From contig OW569352.1 of NCBI GenBank assembly GCA_937625935.1, positions 124,001-188,000 on the forward strand: a DNA stretch of 64,000 nt. The letters run 5' to 3'. The DNA comes from Tetramitus jugosus. Taxonomy: Eukaryota > Protista > Heterolobosea. A model generated the notes under the pieces. It had not been told where the DNA came from, did no database searches, and saw nothing but the letters and a program-made list of their open reading frames with translations. Each line of letters starts with the position of its first letter. The stretch's first letter is position 1. Of this stretch, positions 61,239-64,000 are shown in pieces. Position numbers and translations under genes: made by a program.

Positions 61239-64000
61239 ATGATGAACGATCACGATCATCGAACACGAGAAGAAGAAGAGGAGGAAGATGATCGCTTTGA
61301 TACGAACCTGATCATGAACAATGATATCAACAACAACGACGAAGACCACTATGGCAATGACAATAACAATGACAATTTTGATGATGAATTAATATGCAGA
61401 ATATGTAGAGAGAATGGCACGAGAGAAAATCTTGTTCATCCATGCAAGTGCTCTGGTAGTATACGCTACGTGCATGAAAAATGCTTATTAGAATGGATAG
61501 AACATTCGAAAACGGAGACTTGTGAACTGTGCAAGCACAAATTTCAGTTTGCAAAGGTGTATCAGAATGATACGCCTCAAAAATTGAACATGAGAGAGTT
61601 TTTGCTTGGATCGTTGCAACTCGGAAAGGGCACCCTTCAAAAAATGCTTCGTTTCGTCATTGTACTGCTTGTTTGGAGTTTTATTACGCCAGTGTTGACC
61701 ACGTGGGTACTCAGAATGTTCTTCAGTACGACAATGATTGAATTTTGGAGTGTTCACGAACGGTTTATCGATGAAATTGCACTGTTTCAAGATTGTTTGA
61801 TTGGAGCCTTCTTGTCCATCTCGATTCTCGTCTTGACCATTTTTATTGCTGGTGTAAAGGACTTTGTGAACGATATTTTGCGAAATTTGAATGATCACCT
61901 GCAACAACAGCGATTGCAACAGCAACAGCAGCAAGAAGAACAGGAACAAGATGAACTGGTGATGCATCAGTTGGACGAAATGGATGAAGACAATGAACAA
62001 CAAGACAATAACAACGACAATGATATTCTTGAGATTCCAACACTTATTCCACTGCACGAGAATGTTCAAGAGCAAAACGAAGAAGAACTAGTCGATTATT
62101 CTAGTGAAGACAGTGATGATGTGATTGAGAGATTGATGCAACCTGTGATTGAGCATCAACAACCTCTGCATCAACCAGATGATCACCAACACGTGAATGC
62201 AGATCAACAAAACAATAATGATCACAACAATGAGAATGAAGAGCTGTTGGGTGACAATGCAAGGCCGATTCAAATCGTTTTCCAGGACGAGAATGAAGAT
62301 GAAGCTGTTGATCTTGAAGAATTTATTGGACTGAAGGGAAGTTATCGTGCATTGCTACAGAATTGCTTGATTATTGTGCTGATGAACACATTGTATCTGT
62401 TTGCACTGGTGTTTGTTCCGTTTACATTTGGTCGATTTGCACTGTCAATGCGAACACAGTTTCTACTCAAAACGAATGAAGAGTTTGAAGGTGTGGACAT
62501 TTTTTCTAAATTGAGTGTGACGGCTGTGGGTTACTTGTGCATCCTTATCATTGGATTTGTTCTCTTTGTATGTATTGACATTTGTCTTTTATCGATAATT
62601 GTACAATATTGAACGAGTGTGCTCACACAACTACTTTCACAACAGGTCATACTCCTTATTTTGCAACGCTTACTGTACAGTAACTCGAGCATTTCAGCAA
62701 GTGCCATTGGTAACAAAACTCTGCAAGTGTGGCTATACATTCAAACGATATTGAAAGTCACATTCGTGAGTACATTTAACTTTGGTATCTCACCAGTGTG
62801 CTGTGGAACAGTGTTGAATCTAGCGACTGCCGACTTTTTTGGATCAACTATGAGTGCTCGCATTAGCACAATGATGAATGACAAAATTTCGTTCCTGTTG
62901 ATCCACTGGTTCTTGGGATTGTGTTTCTTGTTCAATTTGAGCTCTGCCATTAGATTACTCAGGAGGATCTTGCGAAAGAAGGTTCTATGGTTTTTGAACG
63001 ATCCAGATGATCCAAACTTCTCCTTTATCAGGGAGGCAGTCAATGTTCGATTCTTCACTGCGGTAAGACGTATTGCAGTTACTTTGAGCATGTTTGTGTT
63101 CTTGATTCTGGCTCTTGTGAGAGCACCTTTGAAGTTGTGCAAGAGCATTAGTGGCGATACATTCCCCTTAGCTCTAAAGTTCTCTCATCCGTTCCTTCAA
63201 ATTGGTGTCGATATTGTCATGTATTCCATTTTGACCCAGATAGGATTCGAGAATATCAGACCCCAGCTACAGGTTAAGACATTTGCCGAACAGTGGATAA
63301 AAACAGTGAGCACAGCCTTGGATCTCAATGATTACTTGTTCCCACATCCTGTGGATGAGAATGCTCAGATTGCACTTGAAGACGAGGAAGAAGACACGAT
63401 TTATAAGCCTCCAATGTTTGCACTCAGAATGGCTCTATTGTTAATGTTAGCCTGGTCCACATGTACTCTTAGTATTGGTGGTTTTATTTTGATTCCTCTA
63501 TTGGTAGGAAGAGGAGTACTGTGGATGTCACCTCATTTTATCTCATCCTATTTCTTCCGAACCAATGATTTGTACACTCACTTGATTGGCTCATATCTAA
63601 TGGGTGCAAGTATGATCGCAATCACATTTCTCATTCAACAAGTCCAACAACGCCAAGTGATGAACGTATTGACAACTGTTGCAAACTATATTACTCTGGG
63701 GATCAAGTGTTTTATTTTGGGAGCATTATGGTTCACAGTTATTCCTGTTCTTCTGGGACTTGCCTTTGAAATATCAATCGTCATCCCCGTTTTGATGAGT
63801 GACAAGACTGCGCTCATGCCATTGAGTGAGCTCTGGGCCTTTGGAGTATTCTTGTCTGGCATTTGTGTCCGATTTACCTATCTGTTGAAGAATGTTCAGG
63901 CTTTGGATTCGTGGAGACTTGAATTCGATAGAGTCGCTGCCAACGGAGCACAACAACTGGAAGCAACGAGAGTGTTTATGAACATCATCTTCCCAATCAT
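61239..64000 (+). CDS. MARCHF6: MARCH6/Doa10 RING-CH ER membrane E3 ubiquitin ligase (3'-truncated by window end)
   Basis: CRICR...HPCKCSGSIRYVHEKCLLEW...CELC; LEEFIGLKG. Intron 62568-62645 continues the frame into LKVTFVSTFNFGISPVCCG, HWFLG, LRKKVLWFLNDPDDPNF. Confidence 0.93.

Noticed and set aside
1-64000. CRISPR arrays, transposons, rRNA, alternative genetic code or selenoproteins
   Set aside because: No spaced direct repeats, transposase/RT motifs or rRNA-like segments. TAA, TAG and TGA all terminate conserved proteins, and internal breaks are explained by introns.

Overview
Gene-dense, intron-poor eukaryotic nuclear DNA read in the standard genetic code. It holds about 34 protein-coding loci, 10 inferred GT-AG introns of 78-116 nt, very short intergenic spacers and many poly-Asn/Gln tracts. 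The gene mix (Zn2Cys6 factor, hybrid His kinase, ependymin-related, NHL, F-box, PPR, CFAP46) suggests a free-living amoeba/amoeboflagellate, most likely a heterolobosean (Naegleria-like); that assignment is inference. Recognisable genes: S10 and S28 peptidases, ZFC3H1/Red1, hybrid histidine kinase, PCMT, EPDR, mitochondrial LeuRS, thioredoxin-PUB fusion, PPR protein, RtcA, MAPK-like pseudokinase, SMPDL3, CNNM, Arl GTPase, STX17-like SNARE, S. pombe-type SIN Cdc14, CFAP46, CNG-type channel and MARCH6/Doa10. I saw no tRNA, rRNA, CRISPR array or intact mobile element, and no single clearly new multi-gene system. The best leads are: a tail-anchored multi-LIR candidate autophagy receptor; a small secreted prohormone-like peptide precursor; a CNG channel abutting a shortened CFAP46 (27 bp apart); a coiled-coil/hydrophobic-hairpin membrane protein; an unannotated plant-type PPR relic; and a recurrent CGCG promoter core. 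All family calls come from motif recognition by eye; no searches were run.
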